DNA from: Candidatus Micrarchaeum sp.
GTDB lineage: Archaea > Micrarchaeota > Micrarchaeia > Micrarchaeales > Micrarchaeaceae
Direction: 5' to 3'
DNA length: 32,000 nt
Assembly (NCBI RefSeq): GCF_016806735.1
Contig: NZ_CP060530.1
Location: 750,001-782,000 of the forward strand
A program made the position numbers and the translations under genes. This document shows positions 9,434 through 17,291 of the stretch, piece after piece. How positions within the stretch are numbered: position 1 is the stretch's first letter; the number at the start of each line of letters is the position of its first letter. Under the pieces are notes generated by a model. That model was not told the DNA's origin. It worked only from the letters and a program-made list of their open reading frames with translations, and did not search any database.

Positions 9434-9736
9434 ATGGAGTCCAAACAAAAACGTGGGGTACAAGAACTGGGGGATAGCATAAAACAGCTCGCAGATGAAA
9501 TATGCGACGAGCAGCAACTGGAGCAGTCCTTTGCAAGCGAACTGCAGGCAACCGTGGACCTTGGGGCCATGATTGCAGCAATAATAAAAGAGGAACCGGA
9601 CCAGAATACAAAAGCAGCGATATCCAACGCGATAGCGCAGAGCACAATACGCATGGTGAAAAAGGCGAACGCGATAAGGAAGAAAAAGCAGATTAGATTC
9701 GGCCCAGCCGCAGTCGTAATAGCTGCAAAGGAATGA
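9434..9736 (+). CDS. hypothetical charged/helical protein (100 aa)
   Basis: ATG-initiated ORF with protein-like composition, followed by a perfect hairpin and a long T-tract on the + strand. The competing 222-aa minus-strand ORF is Cys/Ser-rich and runs into the tRNA gene. Confidence 0.4.
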   Translation: MESKQKRGVQELGDSIKQLADEICDEQQLEQSFASELQATVDLGAMIAAIIKEEPDQNTKAAISNAIAQSTIRMVKKANAIRKKKQIRFGPAAVVIAAKE

Positions 9737-9754
9737 ATCTGAGCTAGCAAATAC

Positions 9755-9834
9755 GGTGCCGCGATTGCGGCACCATTCACCCTCATCATTTCAGCTTTGT
9801 TTATTATTTTTTGTTTTCTCTTTTTTTGCGTTTT
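9755..9834 (+). terminator. hairpin plus oligo-T terminator candidate
   Basis: GGTGCCGC-GATT-GCGGCACC (9755-9774) is a perfect 8-bp stem. T-rich runs follow at 9795-9834 (TTTGTTTATTATTTTTTGTTTTCTCTTTTTTTGCGTTTT). Confidence 0.4.
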
Positions 9835-9894
9835 ACAGAAAGCCATTTTAAGCTTATCAATAAAACTTATTCTTGAATGCCCTATTGTAAATAG

Positions 9895-9967
9895 GCGATC
9901 GTAGTCTAGCCTGGTAGGACTTTGCCCCTCCAAGGCAAAAACCCGGGTTCAAATCCCGGCGATCGCA
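9895..9967 (+). tRNA. tRNA-Gly (anticodon UCC), no intron, no encoded CCA
   Basis: Hand-folded cloverleaf:
- acceptor GCGATCG/CGATCGC;
- D stem GTCT/GGAC (one G-U pair);
- anticodon stem TTGCC/GGCAA with loop CCTCCAA;
- 4-nt variable loop;
- T arm CCGGG-TTCAAAT-CCCGG;
- discriminator A.
Position 33 is C rather than U (see findings). Confidence 0.8.
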
Positions 9968-10045
9968 CTTGTTTTTAATACAGTACAATTGCTCCTGAGC
10001 AAGTGCTTGATTAAGACAGCAAACTAAAGCTATATATATTTAAAT

Positions 10046-10063
10046 TACTATAATATTATAGTA
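10046..10063. promoter_or_regulatory. perfect 18-bp palindrome (candidate operator) in an AT-rich promoter region
   Basis: TACTATAATATTATAGTA is its own reverse complement. It ends 23 nt upstream of the ATG at 10087 and is flanked by TATA-like runs (10031-10044 and 10066-10077). Confidence 0.35.
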
Positions 10064-10086
10064 AAATATATATAAATGGAATCACG

Positions 10087-11106
10087 ATGAACAATGAAGA
10101 AAGAAAGGTATTGAGCTATCTTTCCGAAGAGCTTGGCTACGGAGGCAATATACTTAGCATGGTGAACGCCATGGGCAAAAAATACGGGAACACTTATTAT
10201 CCGAACGTATATAATGCCATAATGGGATTGGAAAAGAAGGGAGTGGTGTCGATAATCAAAGAAGGCAACAATCGATTGGTAAGGCTGGCGCTTGATAATC
10301 CCTTCTCAATTTATTACATTGGCGAGGCAGAAAGCATGAAGGCCTCGGGCACGGATATTGGCAGTGAAATAGCCAATGCGCTCTTGGAGCTTGCTTTGGG
10401 ATTCGATATCATAACCATTTGCATATTGAGATACAAGGAATATATCAAAATAGGCAGAATGGAAATTTTAATCGTTGCCGGATCGCACGATCAGGACGGA
10501 AAGCTTGCTGCTGCAATATCAAGCGTGGAATCTATGCATAATTCCAAGATAGACCAGATAGTACTTACTCCGCTTGAACTTTCGTCAATGCTTGAGGGCA
10601 ACGAATTGAACAGAATTAAGGAGCTTATAGGGGATAAGAGCATATTTTACAATAGCGAGGGCTTTTGGGAAATTGTCAGAAAGTACAAGCTCGACGGAAA
10701 TCGAATAAATCAGGAAAGATTCCCTGAGAAATTGACGAGGGCGCAGCTCGCTTACAATTATAACAGGTTCGGATACGCATTATATGAGGATATTGAATCT
10801 GGAACTAAAATCGCACTTGAAGATGTTATATTCCTGATGTCCGCAAGCGAAGAAGCGAGGATTAGATACGGAGCGATAGTTCTGCTGTACAAGAATTGCA
10901 GTCGGCTGAATACCTCTTACTTATATTACCTATTCAAGAGGCATGATGAGCTAGGCACATTGAAAGGCATGCTTGAATCCCTAAAAGATTTTTACATTAG
11001 CAGGGATTGGCAGGGAATTGAAATGCTTGTAAAGACAATACAGGATAAGAAGCCAAGGATTTATGATAAGAACCTTATTAAAAAGTACATTGAGCAATAC
11101 TGTTGA
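10087..11106 (+). CDS. winged-helix DNA-binding protein with a large C-terminal domain (AbiEi-like antitoxin candidate)
   Basis: N-terminal wHTH pattern (YPNVYNAIMGLEKKGVVSIIKEGNNRLVRL) followed by about 250 aa of unknown function. Its stop lies 4 nt before the ATG of the nucleotidyltransferase-like gene. Confidence 0.5.
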   Translation: MNNEERKVLSYLSEELGYGGNILSMVNAMGKKYGNTYYPNVYNAIMGLEKKGVVSIIKEGNNRLVRLALDNPFSIYYIGEAESMKASGTDIGSEIANALLELALGFDIITICILRYKEYIKIGRMEILIVAGSHDQDGKLAAAISSVESMHNSKIDQIVLTPLELSSMLEGNELNRIKELIGDKSIFYNSEGFWEIVRKYKLDGNRINQERFPEKLTRAQLAYNYNRFGYALYEDIESGTKIALEDVIFLMSASEEARIRYGAIVLLYKNCSRLNTSYLYYLFKRHDELGTLKGMLESLKDFYISRDWQGIEMLVKTIQDKKPRIYDKNLIKKYIEQYC

Positions 11107-11110
11107 TTCG

Positions 11111-11626
11111 ATGACAAGAGTTTCGAAAACTGGCTTATTGTCGATTTTGTACGTGTTCGATGAGCGGTTGCCTCATAAAATACTGCTTGTCGCAGTTGGA
11201 GGCACTGCCATGACCATGCTAGGCATAAAGGCTTCTACAAAAGACATAGATTTCAACATACCGGAAAAGAAGGATTACGAAGAATTTGTAAGGTTGTACA
11301 AGGCGATAAGCCCAGGAGTGGCAATCGATTATTACCCAAACAACACCGTTTTTACAGAAGTCTTGCCCGAAGATTACTTAAGCATTGCAAGCGATTACAA
11401 GTCCAATTTCGAAAATATAAGAATTAAGGTATTGAACCCTGTCGATATAGTTTGTTCGAAAATCAGCAGGTGCGATGAAGCCGACATAGAAGACATAAAA
11501 AGCTGTATAAAAATTTATAGTTTAAAGAAAAGCGAGGTTGCGGCGAGGGCCAGCTTATACGCAAGAGTAGGCAGCGATGAAATTTTTCAGAGCAACCTGA
11601 ACTTTATTTTAGAAAACTTGTTTTAG
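11111..11626 (+). CDS. minimal nucleotidyltransferase-fold protein (AbiEii / DUF6036-like)
   Basis: LLVAVGGTAMTMLGIKASTKDIDFNI matches the GGxAxxxxGxxRxTxDIDf NTase signature. A later block, LNPVDIVCSKISRCDEADIEDI, also fits. The ATG at 11111 is preferred over the upstream in-frame start at 11063. Confidence 0.5.
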   Translation: MTRVSKTGLLSILYVFDERLPHKILLVAVGGTAMTMLGIKASTKDIDFNIPEKKDYEEFVRLYKAISPGVAIDYYPNNTVFTEVLPEDYLSIASDYKSNFENIRIKVLNPVDIVCSKISRCDEADIEDIKSCIKIYSLKKSEVAARASLYARVGSDEIFQSNLNFILENLF

Positions 11627-11686
11627 TTGAGCGGCACCAGTAAGGCTCTGCCATTAGAGCTCGTGCGGCCAAAAAGGCAAACCGAA

Positions 11687-12301
11687 TCACGGGGGCGAGA
11701 GCAAGTGCTGCGGGACTGCCGCTACTCCCACTACTATCGCAAGAAGCGAAGCGAGCAGGAGGAATATCCAGAACAGCATTAGCAATGTAGTGTAGGTGTT
11801 GGATGCCTTGCTCTTGGCTGGCAGCCTGTCGTATATGAGCGTTGCCGGATACGTAAACACGCCAGCCAAGCCGAAACCTATGTAAAGCCCGAGCATGGCA
11901 ATAGGGCTGGATGTCATCTTTATGAAGTAAGCGCTGAAGCCGTAGTATATTGCAAGAAGCCCTGAGAATAGGGCGAATATGCCAACGTACTGCATGTTCT
12001 GCCTAAACCACAAAGCTATTGATATGCCGGTTATTGCTATGCCTATCAGCAGAAAAGGATCGTAGAAAAGAGTGTTGTAGCTTCCGGGGAGCGGCCATGT
12101 CATTTCTCCGAATAGGCCCAGTATGAGCATCATTATGCCCAGAAGCCCTAGAGGCACTGCCCCGGGCCTCATTGATTCTTTTATGCCCTTGACCCCGTTG
12201 GCCTTATAGTACCTGTAAGCAGAAGCCGTAGTGTACAAAGATACTATGCCCGCGAGCGCGAGCATGAAGAGCTCCAATGCCAAGTCGTCAATGAAAACCA
12301 T
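11687..12301 (-). CDS. polytopic membrane protein (about 6 TM segments), function unknown
   Basis: 204-aa ORF made almost entirely of hydrophobic helices, with mid-GC codon usage. Confidence 0.6.
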   Translation of the reverse strand: MVFIDDLALELFMLALAGIVSLYTTASAYRYYKANGVKGIKESMRPGAVPLGLLGIMMLILGLFGEMTWPLPGSYNTLFYDPFLLIGIAITGISIALWFRQNMQYVGIFALFSGLLAIYYGFSAYFIKMTSSPIAMLGLYIGFGLAGVFTYPATLIYDRLPAKSKASNTYTTLLMLFWIFLLLASLLAIVVGVAAVPQHLLSPP

Positions 12302-12578
12302 TTCACCATCCCATTAATCCAATACGAAATCCAATCGCATTTATTTAATGGTATATGTTATGCCGCATTTTTGCATATTTTCCTTTTGAGATGGCATTTG
12401 AAGCTTTGCAACATGATATACTGCATTATACCTGCTTGCAGCAATTCAAGCTATCGTTTTTAGATTTTTACGAAGCTTATCTGTTGTATAGGTGCCTTCA
12501 TTGCCCGGCAGCATTGATACTACAAGCCAGGATTACCAAGATGCTGATGGCGAAAGCGAAGGCAAAGGCCTTCGGGGA

Positions 12579-13997
12579 ATGCTTGACAGCGTCAAATCCC
12601 TTGTAGAATTCTTCTACATAAAGGATGTCCCGTCATACGGAAACAATTTCTTTTTCACAATAGGCATATACCTGCTCGAGCTGTTCGGGGTGCTGGCGGT
12701 AACCGGCATAGTTATGGTCATATTCGGGCCCTATTGGTGGAACCTTACAGCTGTCGGAACTTTCTTCAGGAGCATACACCTCTGGGCTGCAGAGGCGTTC
12801 GTAACCCTGATATTCGTGCACCTCTTCGTGCAGTTCGCCACGTCGTCTTTCAAAAAGAAGAAGCTCGTATGGGTGCTGGGAAGCCTTATGCTTTTCCTGG
12901 TATTCCTAGAATACGCATTCGGCATAGGAGTACAAGGCGGCTTTGTCTCCCAGTGGAACGCAAAGGCCGGAGCCGACCTCTGGAACGGCATGGGGCTCGG
13001 CTACTGGATAAACCCGCTGAACATGGCTGCGGTGCTAAGCTGGCACATAGCAATAGTGCCGATACTGCTCGCAATACTCATGTTCGGGCATTACATGCTT
13101 GTCAAGCAGAAGGGACTGAGCAAGCCCTACCGCAAGGACATACCTTACAGCATGGTCCCGGCAAACCACAAGACCATGTACAGGCGCATGGTTTACGTCC
13201 TAATAATAATCCTTTTATTTGCCGTATTCCTCAGGTCGCCGTACATTGCGCCAATTACAATACAGCAGGTTGCAAATACAACTCCGAACGTAATGGCCAT
13301 TACCCTGATAAGCGAATTCAACTACAGCTCAGGCACTGCCACTTATCTTGACACTATAGACCCTTACACATTCAGCACAAGAAACGCTTACGTGACAGAA
13401 CCCTACTCGCGATATCTTGAGGTCACGGGCTCAAAGGACTACGAAAGCACGCTGCTCAATGAATCGCCCTCTGCGCTTAATTCCAGCCTTGCTTCTGCTT
13501 ATTCATACTTCGAATCCAACGGCTCGATATCTGAAGGGCTCAACTCTTCGAATCCGGCCATTGTCCTTTTCTCCCAGCTCACACACATGGCCCAGACTGG
13601 CCTGTATCAGGATGAACTTTCCGGAAGCATACAGAATCCGCTCAACGAGACGTACGAGATAAGGTTTCTCGCAGATTCAAAGGCGCTGGATTCGTATGGA
13701 ACTAAATACGGGCTCAGGACCTCGCAATGGGGCATGCTCAAAGCCGGAAGCGCATGGTGGCAGATAGGCAGCTATTGGACTGCCCCTTACAACTACATGG
13801 AGATACTCACTGCAGGCATACCATGGTGGGATGACTTGGAAAACGGGCTTGTTGCGCTTGTAGCCTTTGCGCTGCTTATCTTCTTCCCGTTCATACCAGG
13901 GCTCAGGGACATACCTGACAAGCTCAAGCTCTACAAGATTTTCTGGAACAAGCACACAATACCTGAAATGAAGGATAAGAACAGGAAAAAGCGCTAG
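12579..13997 (+). CDS. cytochrome b (N-terminal di-haem domain) with a long extracytoplasmic C-terminal extension
   Basis: FFFTIGIYLLELFGVLAVTGIVMVIF and FFRSIHLWAAEAFVTLIFVHLF give the G...TG and R..H...A...H haem-ligand spacing of cytochrome b/b6. A later segment, WHIAIVPILLAILMFGHYML, also fits. The ORF track starts at GTG 12492; ATG 12579 gives a typical N-terminus. Confidence 0.7.
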   Translation: MLDSVKSLVEFFYIKDVPSYGNNFFFTIGIYLLELFGVLAVTGIVMVIFGPYWWNLTAVGTFFRSIHLWAAEAFVTLIFVHLFVQFATSSFKKKKLVWVLGSLMLFLVFLEYAFGIGVQGGFVSQWNAKAGADLWNGMGLGYWINPLNMAAVLSWHIAIVPILLAILMFGHYMLVKQKGLSKPYRKDIPYSMVPANHKTMYRRMVYVLIIILLFAVFLRSPYIAPITIQQVANTTPNVMAITLISEFNYSSGTATYLDTIDPYTFSTRNAYVTEPYSRYLEVTGSKDYESTLLNESPSALNSSLASAYSYFESNGSISEGLNSSNPAIVLFSQLTHMAQTGLYQDELSGSIQNPLNETYEIRFLADSKALDSYGTKYGLRTSQWGMLKAGSAWWQIGSYWTAPYNYMEILTAGIPWWDDLENGLVALVAFALLIFFPFIPGLRDIPDKLKLYKIFWNKHTIPEMKDKNRKKR

Positions 13998-14071
13998 CCA
14001 GGCATGATTGCTTATTGTCTAACCTCAACTTCGTCTTTTTAAGATGCAACTTGCAATCGTCTACGATTTGC

Positions 14072-15814
14072 ATGATGGCTTACAAGAGCACTTTGGAACA
14101 ATTGGAAAGCGAAAGCGAAGCTATGCGCGTAAGGATAGACCCCAAGATAGGCATAAGCAAGCTCATAGTGGAGGCGCCGCAGACATATTTCAGCTACGTC
14201 GAGCTTGCAAACGCGCTTAACGCCAAGGACACCAAAGGCAGAAAGGTTGAGCCTGGCAAGATAAAGGACGGGCTTGGCATAGAGAAGGCCAGGCTACCCA
14301 CATACTCCCAGTCAAATGTCACCATGGCTGCAAATGCAGTATACGCTTTCATAAAAAACATAGATTCAAATCCGTACGACAGGGAAAAGTTTTTCTCTGA
14401 AAAGCCCGTGAGCATATACTACGCAACGGAGAGCAATCCGGACTTCAGCAGGCCGGAGGCTGAGATAGCCCTTGGCCTTGTGTACTCCAGGCTCCTCAAG
14501 GAAGACGAGAAGAGATACAGGCCCTACGTAGAAGCGCTGAAGAATACCGGGCTGCAGCAGAACACTTTCGCATGCGCAGGAGCAGGGCTTGCGCTTTCGA
14601 GCGCTCTTAGCGAGATATATTCAAACTCAAGCTTTGGCATGGGCAGCTCTGCCGTCATAATCTCAGCAGACACTGCGGTTTACGACAGCAAAAGGGCACC
14701 GGACGCAGAGACTACGCAGGGGAGCGCAGCTACGCTAATGTGGATAACTACCGATCCGGAGCTGGTGAGCATAAACTACAAAGGCTCTTACGGAAGGTTC
14801 AACGTTCCTTTCCCCGATTTCACAAAATTCGGAGTCGATACTCCATTCGTTCACGGCAAGTTTTCCGAGAAGGGCTACGTATATGCTGTGGCTATGGCCC
14901 TCGGCAATATGGAGAGCAAGCTTGCCATGCAAAAGAGGATGGTTTTCGAAGAGGATTATGCAGGCATGAATCCTGATGCCGACACGTACAGGAGCATGAA
15001 GCTCAACAAAATCATGGACAGCAGCGAATACAGGGAGAACATGAAGTTCTTCATCAGCCATGTCCCTTTTCCCAAGCAAGCGATATATTTCGCGAGCTTC
15101 CTCTTCGAGCACTATCTCAAAAACTATGAAAGAGACACGTTCAACGCGATGCAGCAAAGGGAGTCCCTTGGAAAGAGCCCGCTGGGCGACAAAAGCCTGG
15201 CCGAGCTTTTTACTGGAAAGCTCACAGGATTCAGGGGCGAGCACGACACCGACATAGTGGCTTACATAGAATCCGACAGGGACATAAACGCATACTGGGA
15301 ATGGCTTGGAAAGCTCAGGAAGCAGCCGGAGTTCGAAAAGTTCCTGGATGAGATGCACATAAGGGATGCACTCGCTCTGCCGTCGCAGGTCGGCAACTCG
15401 TATACCGGCTCAACGGTTGTCGCAATAGCGAGCCTGCTCAAGAATGGCAAGGTTTATCCCGGAGACACTGGCGCATGCGCTTTCTTCGGCAGCGGAATGG
15501 TGGCGCTCGCTTACCAGATGGAAATAACCGCAACTCAGGAATCCATAGCCAGGAATCTTGTTATAGGAATGGAAAGAAAAGAGGAGCTGCCGCTGGAAGC
15601 GCAGGACTACGAGCCATTGCATGAAAAGCTCATATTGGGAGACGCAAAAAGGTCGATGATAGGGGAAGGAAAGAGCTTGATAGACATGGATGCAGAGATG
15701 CTCAGGGGAAAGCTGCCGGAAGGATTCCTTATAAGGAGGCGCAATGTAGACGGCACGTGGGAAGCCGAATTCGTAGAGGATGGACAGAGGAGTGTGATTA
15801 AGCCAAGGCTATGA
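14072..15814 (+). CDS. hydroxymethylglutaryl-CoA synthase family protein (long form, 580 aa)
   Basis: PGKIKDGLGIEKARLP...SNVTMAANAV, the candidate catalytic Cys region FACAGAGLAL, ISHVPFPKQA (His block) and VGNSYTGSTVVAIASLL (the GN.YT.S block) match HMGS signatures. ATG at 14072 is preferred over TTG 14015. Confidence 0.78.
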   Translation: MMAYKSTLEQLESESEAMRVRIDPKIGISKLIVEAPQTYFSYVELANALNAKDTKGRKVEPGKIKDGLGIEKARLPTYSQSNVTMAANAVYAFIKNIDSNPYDREKFFSEKPVSIYYATESNPDFSRPEAEIALGLVYSRLLKEDEKRYRPYVEALKNTGLQQNTFACAGAGLALSSALSEIYSNSSFGMGSSAVIISADTAVYDSKRAPDAETTQGSAATLMWITTDPELVSINYKGSYGRFNVPFPDFTKFGVDTPFVHGKFSEKGYVYAVAMALGNMESKLAMQKRMVFEEDYAGMNPDADTYRSMKLNKIMDSSEYRENMKFFISHVPFPKQAIYFASFLFEHYLKNYERDTFNAMQQRESLGKSPLGDKSLAELFTGKLTGFRGEHDTDIVAYIESDRDINAYWEWLGKLRKQPEFEKFLDEMHIRDALALPSQVGNSYTGSTVVAIASLLKNGKVYPGDTGACAFFGSGMVALAYQMEITATQESIARNLVIGMERKEELPLEAQDYEPLHEKLILGDAKRSMIGEGKSLIDMDAEMLRGKLPEGFLIRRRNVDGTWEAEFVEDGQRSVIKPRL

Positions 15815-15889
15815 TCCATCAAATTGGCTTGCCATTGAGCACGAAATCCAATAAAAGAAGAAAAGAAGGCCAAAGGCCCAATATGGAAA

Positions 15890-16369
15890 TTATGCCTTTG
15901 GCTTGAGCCCCTTTGAGAGCCTTCCCGGTGCTTTCGGGGGCTTGAGCTCCTTGAACACCTTTGAAAGTGCGAGCTGGCTCAGCGAAGTTTCAGTTCCGCT
16001 TTCATTTATCATCTTGTTTAGCGCATAGGTCTTCGCAAACGGAAGCAGTACCTGGCTTGAGCACGCATCGGCAATGGCTCTCTTGAATTCCGGCTTTTCC
16101 AGCTCCGTAAGGGCTTGCGATACTGCCGGAGCGCCCTTCCCTGATTTCGGCACTTGCTTTATCCTTTCGTCGATCGAATCTACGTCTATGCCAAGAACCC
16201 TGAACATCTTAGAATCTATCGTAGACCTTATTCCTGCAAGGTGGTACGCAATCTCCTCAGGCTTCGTCTGCGGCGTTATCCTGAGCCTTTTTACTGCAAC
16301 CCACTCCTTGTACTTTGCGGAGAAGTCTACAAATTCTTCAGGTTTATCCTCTTCCACTCGAACCACCAA
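15890..16369 (-). CDS. hypothetical protein (159 aa), in the same frame as the upstream wHTH ORF and separated from it by one TGA
   Basis: The ORF begins with TTG-GTG directly after the TGA of ORF 16370..16588. Composition is protein-like with a basic C-terminal tail. No recognised domain. Confidence 0.5.
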   Translation of the reverse strand: MVVRVEEDKPEEFVDFSAKYKEWVAVKRLRITPQTKPEEIAYHLAGIRSTIDSKMFRVLGIDVDSIDERIKQVPKSGKGAPAVSQALTELEKPEFKRAIADACSSQVLLPFAKTYALNKMINESGTETSLSQLALSKVFKELKPPKAPGRLSKGLKPKA

Positions 16370-16588
16370 TCATTGCTTGATAACGTAGTATCCGGCGGCC
16401 TTTTCCCTTGCCACCCTTTTTATTGAGCCCTTCTTTGCCAGCTCAACCAGAGTGTTGGTAACCAGCCCCTTCGGCCTGTTGGCCTTTTTCATTATGTCGT
16501 CTGCAGTCTTTATCGACTTTTCGTTCGTGGCTCCCAGATCTTCCAGGGCCTTCAGTATTGCTTGTTCTATTGTTGTAAGCTCAGCCAT
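16370..16588 (-). CDS. small winged-helix protein (72 aa)
   Basis: ILKALEDLG...SIKTADDIMKKANRPKGLVTNTLVELAKKGSIKRV is a wHTH pattern. It lies 22 nt downstream of rpl40e on the same strand. Confidence 0.6.
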   Translation of the reverse strand: MAELTTIEQAILKALEDLGATNEKSIKTADDIMKKANRPKGLVTNTLVELAKKGSIKRVAREKAAGYYVIKQ

Positions 16589-16610
16589 TGTAACACCTTA
16601 AGCTAATCGC

Positions 16611-16763
16611 TCACTTTTTGACTCTCGCGTCCTTGCGCTTTGGCCTCAGCACCTTGTATCCGCACTTGCGGCACATCTTGCTTCCGGCCCTGTTCCTGGC
16701 CTTGCACCTTCTGCATATCCATATCTTAGTCAGTTCCGCGTCTGCAAGTGGAAATTTTCCCAT
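16611..16763 (-). CDS. rpl40e: 50S ribosomal protein L40e
   Basis: MGKFPLADAELTKIWICRRCKARNRAGSKMCRKCGYKVLRPKRK is the archaeal L40e zinc-ribbon pattern (CRRC...CRKC), 50 aa. The internal ATG at 16763 is used instead of the GTG-extended ORF-track start at 16853. Confidence 0.85.
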   Translation of the reverse strand: MGKFPLADAELTKIWICRRCKARNRAGSKMCRKCGYKVLRPKRKDARVKK

Positions 16764-17191
16764 TATATAACACCTTGATTTTTCCTTTTCTTTGTTTCCT
16801 TCAGATATATATCTTATGAGCGGCGTCTGCCGCAAAAATATAACACTTTGCACTCAGGAGATACCCGGCAGTGCTTCAGAATACCCTTTTATTGCGGTTA
16901 TAATATTATTAAAGATTTGCCTGGCAATGCTCGCGTTGGATGCTTCCATAATATTGGCCACATATGCCAATCCTGGCATGAGTTTTGCCGGAAATGCAAA
17001 AATTTGCAGCCATGCCAAAAATCGGACAGGCGCTTTTTGAAACTTTTTAAAAACTGTGCTCCTCGACAGAATTTCAGATTTTGGATTTTGGCTTACGCCG
17101 GTAATTCTGCAGTTTTCCAGGGCTGGCGAATTTTCGGCGACAGATTTTAACGTAAAAAGCAAAAATGTTTATAATAGTAAACTTTTTAATT

Positions 17192-17209
17192 GCAGTTTTT
17201 AAAAACTGC
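17192..17209. promoter_or_regulatory. perfect 18-bp palindrome upstream of speH
   Basis: GCAGTTTTTAAAAACTGC is its own reverse complement and ends 82 nt upstream of the speH ATG. A related half-site, CTTTTTAAAAACTG, occurs at about 17044-17057. Confidence 0.3.
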
Positions 17210-17291
17210 GGAATAATCTTTTTAAGCGTTTGGGTATCTTAATAAAGCGTCAAAATTTCTGTGACTTTAAAAGGTTGCAGGTGAAGAAAAG

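Noticed and set aside
9265-9933. 222-aa minus-strand ORF
   Set aside because: It overlaps the tRNA-Gly gene at its 5' end and the pilin gene stop at its 3' end. Its composition is Cys/Ser/Ala-rich. The + strand ORF 9434..9736 followed by a hairpin and T-tract explains the region better.
12355-13955. Overlapping ORFs within or upstream of the cytochrome b gene (12355..12606 +, 12734..13351 +, 12731..12991 -, 13677..13955 -, others)
   Set aside because: They are alternative-frame shadows of the cytochrome b ORF, with Arg/Pro-rich low-complexity translations.
14194-15873. ORFs antisense or out of frame in the HMGS gene (e.g. 14735..15358 -, 207 aa)
   Set aside because: The sense frame carries clear HMGS motifs. 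The antisense translations have no motifs and show typical shadow-ORF composition.
16792-17162. Three ORFs of 82-102 aa in the rpl40e/speH spacer
   Set aside because: They have GTG/TTG starts, mutually overlap on both strands, and have no RBS or recognisable motif. Treated as non-coding, though not excluded (see the finding on this spacer).
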